This document shows, in pieces, positions 1-12,032 of a stretch of DNA of 64,000 nucleotides. Where the stretch lies: positions 87,472,666 through 87,536,665 of the forward strand of contig NC_068990.1 of the NCBI RefSeq assembly GCF_001194135.2, written 5' to 3'. The notes below the pieces were generated by a model, which saw only the letters and a program-made list of their open reading frames with translations, made no database searches and was not told the DNA's origin. The number at the start of each line of letters is the position of its first letter. Position 1 is the first letter of the stretch. Made by a program: the position numbers and the translations under genes. The DNA is from Octopus bimaculoides (taxonomy: Eukaryota).

Positions 1-3
1 TAC

Positions 4-35
<32 letters not shown>

Positions 36-888
36 NNNNNNNNNNNNNNNNNNNNNNNNNNNNNNNNNNNNNNNNNNNNNNNNNNNNNNNNNNNNNNNNN
101 NNNNNNNNNNNNNNNNNNNNNNNNNNNNNNNNNNNNNNNNNNNNNNNNNNNNNNNNNNNNNNNNNNNNNNNNNNNNNNNNNNNNNNNNNNNNNNNNNNNN
201 NNNNNNNNNNNNNNNNNNNNNNNNNNNNNNNNNNNNNNNNNNNNNNNNNNNNNNNNNNNNNNNNNNNNNNNNNNNNNNNNNNNNNNNNNNNNNNNNNNNN
301 NNNNNNNNNNNNNNNNNNNNNNNNNNNNNNNNNNNNNNNNNNNNNNNNNNNNNNNNNNNNNNNNNNNNNNNNNNNNNNNNNNNNNNNNNNNNNNNNNNNN
401 NNNNNNNNNNNNNNNNNNNNNNNNNNNNNNNNNNNNNNNNNNNNNNNNNNNNNNNNNNNNNNNNNNNNNNNNNNNNNNNNNNNNNNNNNNNNNNNNNNNN
501 NNNNNNNNNNNNNNNNNNNNNNNNNNNNNNNNNNNNNNNNNNNNNNNNNNNNNNNNNNNNNNNNNNNNNNNNNNNNNNNNNNNNNNNNNNNNNNNNNNNN
601 NNNNNNNNNNNNNNNNNNNNNNNNNNNNNNNNNNNNNNNNNNNNNNNNNNNNNNNNNNNNNNNNNNNNNNNNNNNNNNNNNNNNNNNNNNNNNNNNNNNN
701 NNNNNNNNNNNNNNNNNNNNNNNNNNNNNNNNNNNNNNNNNNNNNNNNNNNNNNNNNNNNNNNNNNNNNNNNNNNNNNNNNNNNNNNNNNNNNNNNNNNN
801 NNNNNNNNNNNNNNNNNNNNNNNNNNNNNNNNNNNNNNNNNNNNNNNNNNNNNNNNNNNNNNNNNNNNNNNNNNNNNNNNNNNNNNNN

Positions 889-926
<38 letters not shown>

Positions 927-943
927 TCATATATATATGTATG

Positions 944-977
<34 letters not shown>

Positions 978-991
978 ATGTGTGTGTGTAC

Positions 992-1023
<32 letters not shown>

Positions 1024-2678
1024 GTACATATACATACTTGAATATACATGCATACACATAATTTACCAATGAAACTCCGGCTTGGTATTGAAATTGCCTT
1101 TTAAAGTTGGCTGGATGTGGTTCATCATTGAGCGGGTGGATATACATTAAAACAGACAATGAAAAAGCAGAACATCTGGCATCATACTCGACCATTTAAT
1201 ACATAATTTATTATAAACACATAGTGCAGAGTAGTTATAATAAATACGATCACATGCTTAGCTATTCTAGAAACAGCTGTAAGAGGCTTTACGTATTTAC
1301 TACAAATACTCTGCATTATGTTTATATTATAACCCTTCTAGTTAAACTGATTAATTATGTGTGTTATTTACATAGCTAAATACATTATGATGTTCTATAG
1401 CTTTGAAACAGCTGTTCATCACAATTAAATTAAGAACTATATGTGACATTATGCTGTTCTCCTTTTTTCGTACGATTTTGTATATACATGCAAATTTATT
1501 CCACAATGATTTACTGCACTGTGATCAGGTATTGAGGATTAACGATGTGTTATCAATTGCGTTCTTAATTACATTGGATATACTTTTTATATTTGGACGT
1601 CAGTTCTTTATATAGATTACTGTATACACATATATGTATACGCATATACCCCTTTCTACTCTAGGCGCAAGGCCCAAAATTTTAGGGGAGGGGGCCAGTC
1701 GATTAGATCTACGCCAGTACGCAACTAGTACTTAATTTATCGACCCTAAAAGGATGAAATGCAAAGTCGACTCTCTCTCTCTATGTACGTACATATGTAT
1801 ATANNNNNNNNNNNNNNNNNNNNNNNNNNNNNNNNNNNNNNNNNNNNNNNNNNNNNNNNNNNNNNNNNNNNNNNNNNNNNNNNNNNNNNNNNNNNNNNNN
1901 NNNNNNNNNNNNNNNNNNNNNNNNNNNNNNNNNNNNNNNNNNNNNNNNNNNNNNNNNNNNNNNNNNNNNNNNNNNNNNNNNNNNNNNNNNNNNNNNNNNN
2001 NNNNNNNNNNNNNNNNNNNNNNNNNNNNNNNNNNNNNNNNNNNNNNNNNNNNTATATATATATGTATATGAATGTGTATGTATATATATATATATATATA
2101 TATTTATGTATGTATGCGTGTATATATAAATTCATACATGCACATATGTGAGTAGTGGATGGATATGCTGTCAGGAATTTTAAACTAACGTCGTGACTTA
2201 AGCGGGCAACAAAATTCTGATACTAAAAAATATCAATATATTCCACCGAACTTGATGCGTTCGATTGGCAGTAAACAAAAATACATTTTGAAAGCTAAAT
2301 ATAGCTTTATATGTCATACAAATTAACAAATTTACTAACCATGGCATGTAGGAAGACGGCGCTCTGGAAATAGCACGAGCTATTTATTATGAATATTTAC
2401 ATATTTACATAGGAGTAGACAGTGAACTGGAAAGGAGAAATTCCAAGTAGCGACTTTGGCACATTCAGCGTTGAAGAAGAATATAAATATATATATTTCA
2501 TATTTGTATTTATAAGAATTCATATATATGAATATAGATATTTAAATAAATACATATATACACTCATATATATATATATGAAAGTATGAATATATATGAA
2601 TATGGATAATTAGATCAATACATATATACACTTATATATGTATATATATATATATATATAGATAGATATAGATATATA

Positions 2679-3626
2679 CAGGGTGCAATGGGTAAATTGT
2701 TGCTATTTTATATTCTTAATTTCATTCATGCGCATTGTTTGTTTTGGATTTTGTCGACTACACAGTACAGTAGGGTCAGCTAGGCACCGTCTGTGAGAAA
2801 AACAGTACCATTACGCTATTCACTCTGCCAGAAATTTGAAAATGACATACTCTACTGCTTGGCATTCGCACCGGAAGCTCCAATATGAACATTTCAGAAT
2901 GTTTGGGTGTCAACCTGAGGATAGACCGCGCTACGAAGCTTTTGAAGCAACTCAAACACCACCTCCAATCGAACATGCATTGGTTTATCTCAGACGAGAA
3001 AAACAACCGTCGGCTTGGTGAGTCCCCAAAATATGTAACTAGAGTCATACAAAAAAAAAAACATTCATTCAACACTATGGTGTTTCGAGTGCTCTCTAGT
3101 GAAGCATAACGTCATCATGCCTCAGACTCAACAGACGGCTTCAGTCTCAACACAGAAGCATAGATGAAGTACCTGGAGGAGGTAGTGCTGCCCTGAGGGA
3201 AGAGGGTACCTGCTGGGAGACCCTGTCTGGCAACATTCATGGATATCAGACATTTTCTGCGACCACATCACTCCTAGCATCTGGCCGCCTAACTCCCCAC
3301 ACTGCAACCCCCTTGATTATTAGGTGTGGGGCACAGTCGAGCGAGAAACCAACAATACTCCTTGTAATACCAAAGATGAACTGAAGGCAAGGATTATGGC
3401 AGCGTTCACCAATTTAAACAAAGGGATCGTCCAGAAGAGTTGCAGGAGATTCTGAGGTTGTCTGGAGGCTGTGGTTGAAGCCAGTGGTGATTTTATTGAA
3501 TAAATTAATTCTTTAGTATTTCAAGCTATTTTTATGTAATTTTAATAAATATATCTGTTAAAATAAAATGTCAGTGTTATTTACATTTTCTCATAATTTA
3601 GATGACAGTTTATTCACTGCAACCTG
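2679..3626 (+). mobile_element. Internally deleted, decayed mariner-type (IS630-Tc1-mariner, maT-like) DNA transposon
   Basis: TA on both flanks. Imperfect TIRs CAGGGTGCAATGGGTAAATTGT and (rc) CAGGTTGCAGTGAATAAACTGT. Transposase remnants WFISDEKN..ESPKYVTRVIQKK, KYLEEVVLP and WPPNSPHCNPLDY*VWGTVERETN..KDELKARI..LEAVVEASGDFIE*. Confidence 0.85.
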
Positions 3627-3859
3627 TATATATATCCATACAAATGTAAGCATTATATATATAAGTATTTATTTATTTATACATATGTAAACAAATATAC
3701 ATGTATATGTATTGATAAATGTACATATAGGTATTGCTATATATAAATATGTATGTATGTCTGTATATATATATGTANNNNNNNNNNTGTATGTATATAT
3801 TAGCCGGTTTCCCGTAAACGAGCAAAACCATTGCTAAAAGGAATCATTAAAAGGAGTCA

Positions 3860-4170
3860 TTGATGATGTAATGTGAGTTCCTTGTATGACTCGGTCCTTG
3901 TATGACTCTTGAGCCCGGCCAAAGATTTGCACATTCTATTGCACAATGCACAATGTGCTGGCTGGCAGCAGAAACAGATACCACAGTATGAAGTCTTTTG
4001 ACATGACTTTTCAGTCCTCCAGCTGAAAGCACATCTTTCCACAAGTTGCACATGTTCTGTTTTAAACAATAGCCGTATCACAGTTTACTAGGGTTTCATT
4101 GCTGTGGCTTCTCTGATGGCTGACCAGGCCTGCACGACTCAAGCATTTCTTCCCACAAATCATACACGTG
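3860..4170 (-). mobile_element. Three degenerate tandem C2H2 fingers, probably the 3' end of an RTE-like LINE ORF2
   Basis: CMICGKKCLSRAGLVSHQRSH, CNLWKDVLSAGGLKSHVKRLH and CALCNRMCKSLAGLKSHTR occur in shifting frames. The C-x2-C..S.xGL.SH signature resembles LINE C-terminal fingers. No intact ORF. Confidence 0.45.
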
Positions 4171-4198
4171 AAAAGCAATACTCCTTCATTTTCTACAA

Positions 4199-4266
<68 letters not shown>

Positions 4267-4346
4267 GTATGTAAAANNNNNNNNNNNNNNNNNNNNNNNC
4301 CCACAAATCATACACGTGAAAAGCAATACTCCTTCATTTTCTACAA

Positions 4347-4410
<64 letters not shown>

Positions 4411-4553
4411 GTATGTAAAATATCGGGGTTTAGTTCACAGGTGGTCTAAATGACCAGGTACGCTGGGTAAGTGCTGTAACGGATTACCGGGGCCCCAAGC
4501 TCATAGCCGAGACGGGAATTATGGAACGATTGTAGATTTCCGATGCAGCGGAT

Positions 4554-4607
4554 ATATAATTGTTAAAAAGGACAACAGACGTTAAGGCAAGACAATCATC
4601 TCAAGTC

Positions 4608-4660
<53 letters not shown>

Positions 4661-4715
4661 GTATATGACTTGAGATGTTTGTCTTACCTTAACGTGTGTT
4701 GTCCTCTTTAACCAT

Positions 4716-4720
<5 letters not shown>
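4554..4720. repeat. 57-bp inverted repeat around an (AAT)n spacer (MITE-like hairpin)
   Basis: Arms 4554-4610 and 4664-4720 are reverse complements with about 5 mismatches; TA-rich flanks. Confidence 0.85.
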
Positions 4721-4748
<28 letters not shown>

Positions 4749-5639
4749 ATATATATATATTTATATACAATAGAAACAAACTGGAAAAACACCGGGAAGG
4801 TGGACAATTTTTTTTATAGAGTTATTTTTGCTACATTTCTTGTATAGAATATTTGAAGGAGGTCAAGATTTTGTTACCAAAATTCACCAATAGAACTGTG
4901 GCCCACTTTAATGGAAATGTGTCTTTTGTGCTTGAATGCTGGTGAAACTAAATTCTGGTGTGGACTAAATAATCCAACTCAAATCTGACGGCCGAGAGCC
5001 TTTATTATTATTATTATTATTATTATTGTTATTATTATTATTATTATTATTATTGTTGTTGTTAACAGTTTCATGCGAGCTTCTACTGTTCCAGCACGTG
5101 CACATCCTTATTTATGAAGTGCGCACTTTACTTCTTTCTGGGAATGTAAAATTGTGTTTTCATGCTACAGCAATTTTGCATTGTTGTAGGAACTTTAAAG
5201 TTGTTTCTGATAATATTGTAACGTTTCATCCGTCGTGTAGAGAACTAGCATTGAGGTATGTTTTAATTTGTGAATTGGTTTCTCTTATTTTGAAAGCAAC
5301 GTATGACTTTTGTTATTTGATTTTGTGACGAGAAGTGATTGAATAAAATGTGTAGATTGGTAATATTAAAGAATTGCAGCTGTGTATGATTTGAGGTGTG
5401 TGACTTTTCGGTGTTACAATGTCAGGTATGGCATATATAGGTGTATGTGTTGTATTGATTAATGGGTGCTGATTATGTACTTTAGAGGCTGTGTGAATGG
5501 TTTAATTTTAATTGATGTTCACTGTATTGAGAAATGTTGTATATATAGAAGTTACACTTTGTACTGAGACATTGAAATGAAAGTACCTTACGTAGGATGT
5601 ATGCTGTGACTTGTAGGCCTATATTATATACATGGCGTA

Positions 5640-5975
5640 TAACTTATCGAGCCATAGTACGGTTTGTATGCTTTTGCCCATGGATATTTATCAAACATTG
5701 CACTTCAGTTATTATTGGTAATGTCTTCTTTCATGCCTACATGTTGCATATTTCAAATTTTTTTGTTTTGATAGTTTCTCAACCTCCTTTCGAGCAATGT
5801 TTTGGTAAAAGAAAACAAAAAAAGAATTACCGGGATGCCGGTCTATCAGTGTGTAGACATTTTCTTTGAAGTCTTTGATTATTATATCTGGTCGGTTTTC
5901 CTTGATCTCCTTGTCAGTGTAGACAAGCAAATCTCAGGTGATTGTCACCAAGCCATTGTCATGCACCATGTTTTG
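5640..5975 (-). mobile_element. RLE-clade (R4/Dong/NeSL-like) non-LTR retrotransposon fragment, endonuclease domain
   Basis: TIT*DLLVYTDKEIKENRPDIIIKDFKENVYTLID...EVEKLSK resembles the PD-(D/E)xK motif TDxxIxxNRPDIVIxD..LID..EKLSKY; frameshifted. Confidence 0.65.
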
Positions 5976-6162
5976 TACATGTTTAAACTATTTATATTTT
6001 GTCACGTTGAAATGTCACTATATTCTCAGTGGACATAGCTACCGGCTTCGATCGTGATTCTGAATAAATCTGGACTGGTCAAACGGAGAGGACATGGCCA
6101 ACCGTCTCAATACGCAATTTTCAGAGTCTGCACTCACTCTGTATCTTTTTAGTTCTAGTCGA

Positions 6163-6168
6163 TTTATT
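6163..6168 (-). promoter_or_regulatory. Candidate AATAAA polyadenylation signal of the GPCR
   Basis: An AATAAA on the minus strand about 145 nt after the stop codon; no transcript evidence. Confidence 0.25.
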
Positions 6169-6310
6169 TTTGTTCGTTTCGTTTGTCATTGGTCTTGTGC
6201 AGTTAAAATCAGACTTTCTGTGTCGGATTCCTGTTTATCGTTATTTTCCCTTATTTTTTTTTGTCGCTCCATAATTGAGCCCCCTATCGGTGAGTCTATC
6301 GAACAACCAT

Positions 6311-6757
6311 TCAATTCTCGCTACTGGCATTATTTGAAGCAGCGTTCATTGTAGGAGAGCACGAACAGCTCCTGATGCTTTCTTCGTTGATGGTTGTCGG
6401 GATGCTTAAAGAATGTTGAAGAATCTCCCGTCGATGTTTCGCAATAACACGCTGGCACATCGCTGTCGATCTGTGTGTATAGTCAGCACATGCGTATTTT
6501 GTGTCGATAATTGGATCATCATTTGACCAAATCGGACGTTTTGACCAACTTACTGAATCGTATCGCTTCTGAATGCTGTTTAACTCCTTCATATTTTCTC
6601 TATGGGTTGGTGATTTTATACTGCTCGAACGCGAATAAAGAAAACTGCTGCTAGATCGACTTGAAGAGTATGATCTAGATAGAACCTTCACCACTGGGTT
6701 TTGTTGTATGCCAATGTTACCCTCGTTTTTCTTCGTGTAGCGAACAACGACATGGAC
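6311..6757 (-). CDS. Class A peptide GPCR, probable terminal coding exon 4 (long Ser-rich C-terminal tail)
   Basis: Strong acceptor ccttctctctttttttctcttAG| opens a phase-0 frame continuous with ORF 6311..6694 (VHVVVRYTKKNEG...SRSYSSSRSSSSFLYSRSSSIKS...SEN*). Open for 148 codons in an AT-rich background, with Ser clusters typical of GPCR tails. Linkage to exon 3 is inferred from phase and position. Confidence 0.75.
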   Translation of the reverse strand, partial: VHVVVRYTKKNEGNIGIQQNPVVKVLSRSYSSSRSSSSFLYSRSSSIKSPTHRENMKELNSIQKRYDSVSWSKRPIWSNDDPIIDTKYACADYTHRSTAMCQRVIAKHRREILQHSLSIPTTINEESIRSCSCSPTMNAASNNASSEN

Positions 6758-7149
6758 CTAAGAGAAAAAAAGAGAGAAGGTATTATAAAGATGAAAACAT
6801 GACTGATAATGATGAATTTTCATTTTCTTTTTAAATTTTAAGCTTGTTTTAAGAAAAACATTCTTAGATCCAATACTAACAAAATATATGAATCCTGTCA
6901 AGTCGAAATGGAAAAAAAGAACAAGCCCCAAGAAAGGCAAGAGAAGGCGATTAAACTAGCACTGTATTCGTAAGAGAAATCCTTTATTATTTCTACTCTT
7001 TTGTGTATCCCCGGTCGGGCCTATTAACAAATGTTTTGAAAGTTCCCGTTAATGGCTATAAATTATACTGACAAACTCTACACACTTTACGAGTAAACAA
7101 TAATGTATTTCCACTTTGTGAATAGCTGAACAAACATTTACAAGTAGAG

Positions 7150-7680
7150 ATATCCATTCAGAAAACCTACTGAAATTGTTCATAAATTAAGATATAAAAA
7201 TGAGTATGATGTTAAATAAATGTACCAATGCAGCTACAAGAACAGGTGAATTATCTAAAACTGAGAACATTAAATTAGATACTACACCAACATTATAGGA
7301 TTAGACCAGTATCACAGATAAAAATTCTTTCTTCGGAATAAATGAAACTTATAAAAAAAATAACACAAATGATGGAGAGAATTAAAAAAGAAATTCTACA
7401 CAAAAGTCAAACCAAAATTAAAAACTGAATTTTATGCTAGAAATTAGATTATAGCTAAAAGTAGTATAGCCATCCCAATCATAAACTCCTACTTAAATAT
7501 TTTAAAACTGAGAGTTAAGTGAATTAGACAGAAAAAAGATAGCAAGTTACTAACAACATTTCGAAGCCATCATACCTACGTAACGCTGAAATACCCCAAC
7601 AGAATTAAAACGGGAGTCAATAAAAATAAAAACTACTACAAGATATCAATAGTATGACGAAAATTACTTAGAAGCAAATA
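7150..7680 (+). mobile_element. RLE-clade non-LTR retrotransposon fragment, RT thumb region
   Basis: ELKKKFYTKVKPKLKTEFYARN*IIAKSSIAIPIINSY..ELDRKK..SKLLTTFRSHH resembles the conserved motif KEYYRRVRxILKTELNAKNKIIAINxLAIP..LDRKTRKLLTxxxxHHP. Confidence 0.55.
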
Positions 7681-7682
7681 AG

Positions 7683-7776
7683 AGGAAATTGATTAGCATA
7701 AAATAAAAGGAAATTGATTAGCATAAAATAAAAGGAAATTGATTAGCATAAAATAAAAGGAAATTGATTAGCATAA
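7683..7776. repeat. 25-bp minisatellite, about 3.8 copies (AGGAAATTGATTAGCATAAAATAAA)
   Basis: Three identical units plus a partial unit, read directly. Confidence 0.95.
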
Positions 7777-8199
7777 TAAGAAGATATGAAGAATGCAAGA
7801 TGAAAACATAATTTCTCTCTTTATAAAGAAACAAAAACGTGCAAAGTTAAGTAAACAGAAACAAAAGTTTTACATAATGTCAACACGACTGAAAAGTTAA
7901 GAAAGCACGAAAGGGAAGATCTGAACGGAATTAAAATATATGAATAAAATAGAGAGAAAGGAAAACATTCCAAGGAAAATAGACTGCAAAACTTCACTAC
8001 CAAAAAAAGAAAGAAAGAAAGAAAAAAGAAAAACCTAGAGTGCAGGCGAACTGTGATCCAGAAGATTTTGACTAAAAGTAGGAACAAAAGGATTGATTTT
8101 AAATGCAAAGAACCAAAATAAAATAATGAAAGAAGCAAAGAACAGATAATGCAACCGATACAAAGAGATAATCGTCCGCATCCTTTTCAGCTGATAGCA

Positions 8200-8700
8200 C
8201 AGCTTAATCCGTTAAACATTACACGTGCTTCACAGAACGCTATTCGATATAACAGCCATGTAACAAAATAACGCAGCTTACATAAACACATACTCCATAA
8301 GAACGACAAAATGAAATAGCATAGCGCAGACAATGCACATTCTGCGAAATCACAAGCGGTCATTATAAAACAACCAAGTCATCAATATTCAATACTTAAA
8401 CATTAATAACTTATTTTCTACACGTTTGCCAGCGCTCACAACAGCATTGTTGATTGTATTTCTGTTTATGTCACGCACAATTATTTGCTCGAAGATTTTC
8501 TTGAAGAGTATACAAATCAAAACAGGATGTGGTGACTTCCGTGTGTCTTCGAACACGAATAAAAGCAAACACATGATGATGTGTGTGGCAGTGTCTTGCC
8601 TACTGAGTGAGGCTTGACTGCATTTTGGGACTAAGGGCGAGGCCAAGCGATAAGCTAAAGTCTCAAGATCCACATCTACCTATGGACTTGTATCATAGCG
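8200..8700 (-). mobile_element. Possible decayed L1/Tx1-type LINE ORF2 C-terminal (zinc-binding) remnant
   Basis: SPLVPKCSQASLSRQDTATH..CLL followed by IIVRDINRNTINN.. loosely resembles the CxxC..ETxxH..C region; weak. Confidence 0.3.
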
Positions 8701-9171
8701 CATTGTATAACATAATATGAGGTTAATATTTAGAGTTATTGTCAGTGACTCTAACCTCCGGTTCGTTGTCGCCTTTGTTGTACATAAGCAGGATGTAAGT
8801 ACTGAAATGAGGAGGAATGATATATAGTTAAGGTTCGGTATGAATTTACAAAGACCCATCAATACTACAAAGCCATTCCTGAACAATGTCCAGAGAGGGA
8901 TGCGGAAATACGATTTGTGAGACCGCGGTACTAGAAGTCGAGCTGGTAGATGGCTTGTTGGTTTCTTGTGAAAACCACTCGGGGGCTTTCTATCTCAAAG
9001 AACTTCAAAAACCGTAAGAAAGAGAGCAGCAATAAAAATAAGAAAAAGTTTTAGAAGGTGCCGTTATCTTCATAGCACTTCCGCATGAAGAAAATCCCCT
9101 ATTTTTTGGACGCCTTATGTTCAATTGCAAAATTTTTATGTGATATTTGTGTAATAAAGAAATCAAACCTG

Positions 9172-9265
<94 letters not shown>

Positions 9266-9369
9266 GAGAGAGGGAGAGAACATTGTAAGCAATGAAAGAG
9301 ATAAACATGGAATGAATAAATCTTATAAATATCTATCTTTCTGTCTGTCTGTCTATCTGTCTATTTAAG

Positions 9370-9685
9370 GGTGGGAGATTGGCAAAATCGTCAAAATGTT
9401 GGGCAAAATACTTCCAACACAAGGATTACTTCCAGCTCTTTACATTCTCAGGTCAAGATCAGTCAAGGTCGACTCTGCCTTTCATCCCCTTTTGCGGTCG
9501 AATCGATAACGCGTTGCACAATATGTTTAGCGGCATTTCTTCCGGTACTTTACGTTCTGAGTTCAAGTTTCGCCGAAGCCGACTTTACCAGTCATCTTTT
9601 TTGGGGTCGATGAAATAAGTAGCAGTTAATCTTGATTACACTCTCCCACAAAAGTTCAGGCCTTGTGCCTATAGTAGAAATAATG

Positions 9686-9690
<5 letters not shown>
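9370..9690 (+). mobile_element. Two adjacent copies of the abundant tRNA-headed SINE (family A), followed by (ATT)n/(AGT)n
   Basis: Diagnostic blocks: ttacgttctgagttcaa, gtcgact..cctttcatcc, ggggtcgat.aaataagta and caggccttgtgcctatagtagaaa. Confidence 0.8.
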
Positions 9691-9728
<38 letters not shown>

Positions 9729-9793
9729 GTAGTAGTAGTAGTAGTAGTAGTAAAGGTGTATATACTCACAGGCCCACGGAGTGTCGATCGTAC

Positions 9794-10449
9794 CTTCTGA
9801 CATCTGATTATGCGCAGTGCCGCTCGTCTGAAAGTTTTACTCCCGTAGAAGTACAAGATGGGGTTTAAAGCACTGTTAAAGTGTCCCAGTAAAATAGTAT
9901 AGGAGAGTATATGAGTAAAGTTTTTGCTTTGGGTCAATTCGAAGTCTAAGTACACATTGATTATGTGGTAAGGTGACCAACAAAAGAGAAACAAAGCTGC
10001 CAAAACGATCAGCATTTTCGCCACACGTCTTCGGCCACTCATTACGTTATTTGAAATACCTTTACTGACCGATGAATCTTTTCTCTTCAAATGAGAATCT
10101 TCGGTGAGTAATCTCCATCCTATCAACGAATAGGATGTTGTCGTTATGATACCTGGGAATATATATATTATGAGAAACAGGCATAAGTCATATAGTATCC
10201 GCTGTTTTAAACTGGCCCAAATTTCGTGACAAAAGTACAGCGTCTTGTTTGGTATTGGAAATGATGTGAGTTTTTTAACGTGTAGCATCGGTGACATGAT
10301 ACAAACAGACGACAACCAAATGAAGATCGTCAGGCGTACAGCTATCCGGGTAGTACACAATCGTCTGAATATCATCGGGTATTTGATGGCGAGCAGGCGA
10401 TCCAGACTCAAGATAGAGATGGTGAATATACTGGCTACTACAGCCAAGC
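9794..10449 (-). CDS. Class A peptide GPCR, coding exon 3 (TM3-TM7, helix 8)
   Basis: Acceptor tttctttttcatttcAG|, phase 1. Encodes SLDRLLAI (DRY-equivalent), the TM4 Trp, ECL2 Cys (FCHEIW), TM5 YIFP, TM6 FLFCWSPY, TM7 NSALNPILY and helix 8 SKTFRRAA..RC. The 3' boundary is either AAG|GTACGA (9794) or CCT|GTGAGT (9770); both are phase 0. Confidence 0.93.
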
Positions 10450-10654
10450 CTGAAATGAAAAAGAAACATTCGTTATTTAAGAAAAAAATACAACAACCTT
10501 TCAAAAATAAGGATAGACATTTTGCATCCTCCCCCATCACATCCACCATTATTATCACCACCGCCATCATCATTATCTTGATCGTCATCAATGGCTTCAT
10601 ATCGATTATTACCAACCACATGAACTCTTATCACACTCGTTATTGTTATTAAAA

Positions 10655-10880
10655 GATCTATTGTTAGTATTTTGGACAAAATGCTTACCGGCATTTCACC
10701 CGACTCTTTACATGCAGTGTTCGAATTCCGCCGAAGTCGACTTTACCTTTCTTCATTTCAGTGTCGATAAAATGAATACAAGTTGAGCTCTTGGGTCCAT
10801 GTAATCAGCTGGGGCCCCTCTCATAAAATAACTGGCCTTGTGCCAAAATGTGGAACCATTTTTATAAACTTTGTCGCACA
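10655..10880 (+). mobile_element. SINE family A copy
   Basis: gacaaaatgcttaccggcatttc..gttcgaattccgccgaagtcgactttacctttc..ccttgtgccaaaatgtggaaaccatt-type blocks. Confidence 0.7.
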
Positions 10881-11018
10881 ATCATCATCAGTATCAACCT
10901 CATCAAAGTTATAATCGTCAAATCTATGGTTATTTTGTGGCTATATTCCTATTTTCCAAATAACATCATCATCATCATCATCCTCATCATCATCATCATC
11001 ATCATCAGTAGTAGTAGT

Positions 11019-11053
<35 letters not shown>

Positions 11054-11054
11054 T

Positions 11055-11101
<47 letters not shown>

Positions 11102-11329
11102 TAGTAGTTTTCAGGATGGCAGAATCGGTAGAAAGCATGATAACATTGCCTTGTTCTTTTTGTACACGCCGTCAAAGTAACGCAGGGCTAAGAATATACG
11201 AAGCTCAATATGCATATCATGACAACCCGTCTGCATGACAATCATATGTGCGTGATATGGCGACCTGATATTAAGATAAACAACGCATGACTTTGCAGGT
11301 GGAGGCCCAATTAGAATTTTCTTCAGGTC

Positions 11330-11575
11330 GTGCAGCCCGTCCCGCTCAAAAGGTCCCTCAATAAGGGTTGCTTTCGGATAATGAACGAAACACCCATATT
11401 TTCAGGGATGAATTATTCAAACCCCAATACATGACTATGTTGCTCCACCACTACACCTGTTCGTGATCAGAGATGCACATATCGTCAGTTGGTTAGAGTC
11501 AAGCATCTGACAGGCAAATCTGTGTATTCAGCAGAATATTTGCTGTAGCCCATCTTTTATACCAAGATTATTATT
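11330..11575 (+). repeat. Dispersed repeat, copy 1 (second copy at about 12900-13180)
   Basis: Both loci share ttattcaaaccccaa..gatcagagatgca.atat.gtcag..gcagaatatttgctgt.gcccatcttttatac. Confidence 0.75.
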
Positions 11576-11682
11576 ATAATTATGAAAAATGGCTATACGG
11601 CTACACACGTAGACACGATACTGATTTTATGTTGGTAAGTTTTTACGTTGTCTTCATCTATTTTTCCGAGTGAATCTTTTAA

Positions 11683-11769
<87 letters not shown>

Positions 11770-11961
11770 GATCAGATTAAATCGTTTGCACGCCGGACCA
11801 AATACATAGCGACATTTCGATAATCTTCACATTCTGAATTAAATTTTCACCGAGGTAGACTTTTTTATCCTTTCGAAGACAATAAATAAGTGGAATACAT
11901 AGGTTGATGTAATGAACAAGCCTTCCACCAAATTGCGCGTTTTGTGCCTATAGTAGAAAGG

Positions 11962-12032
<71 letters not shown>

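Noticed and set aside
4149-4420. Apparent ~125-bp tandem duplication
   Set aside because: The copies are identical and flank a short N gap, which is typical of an unmerged contig overlap.
10450-10621. N-terminal 57 aa of ORF 9656..10621 as a single-exon GPCR start
   Set aside because: It precedes a clear polypyrimidine/AG acceptor and lacks TM1-TM2, which are supplied by exons at 33750 and 19661.
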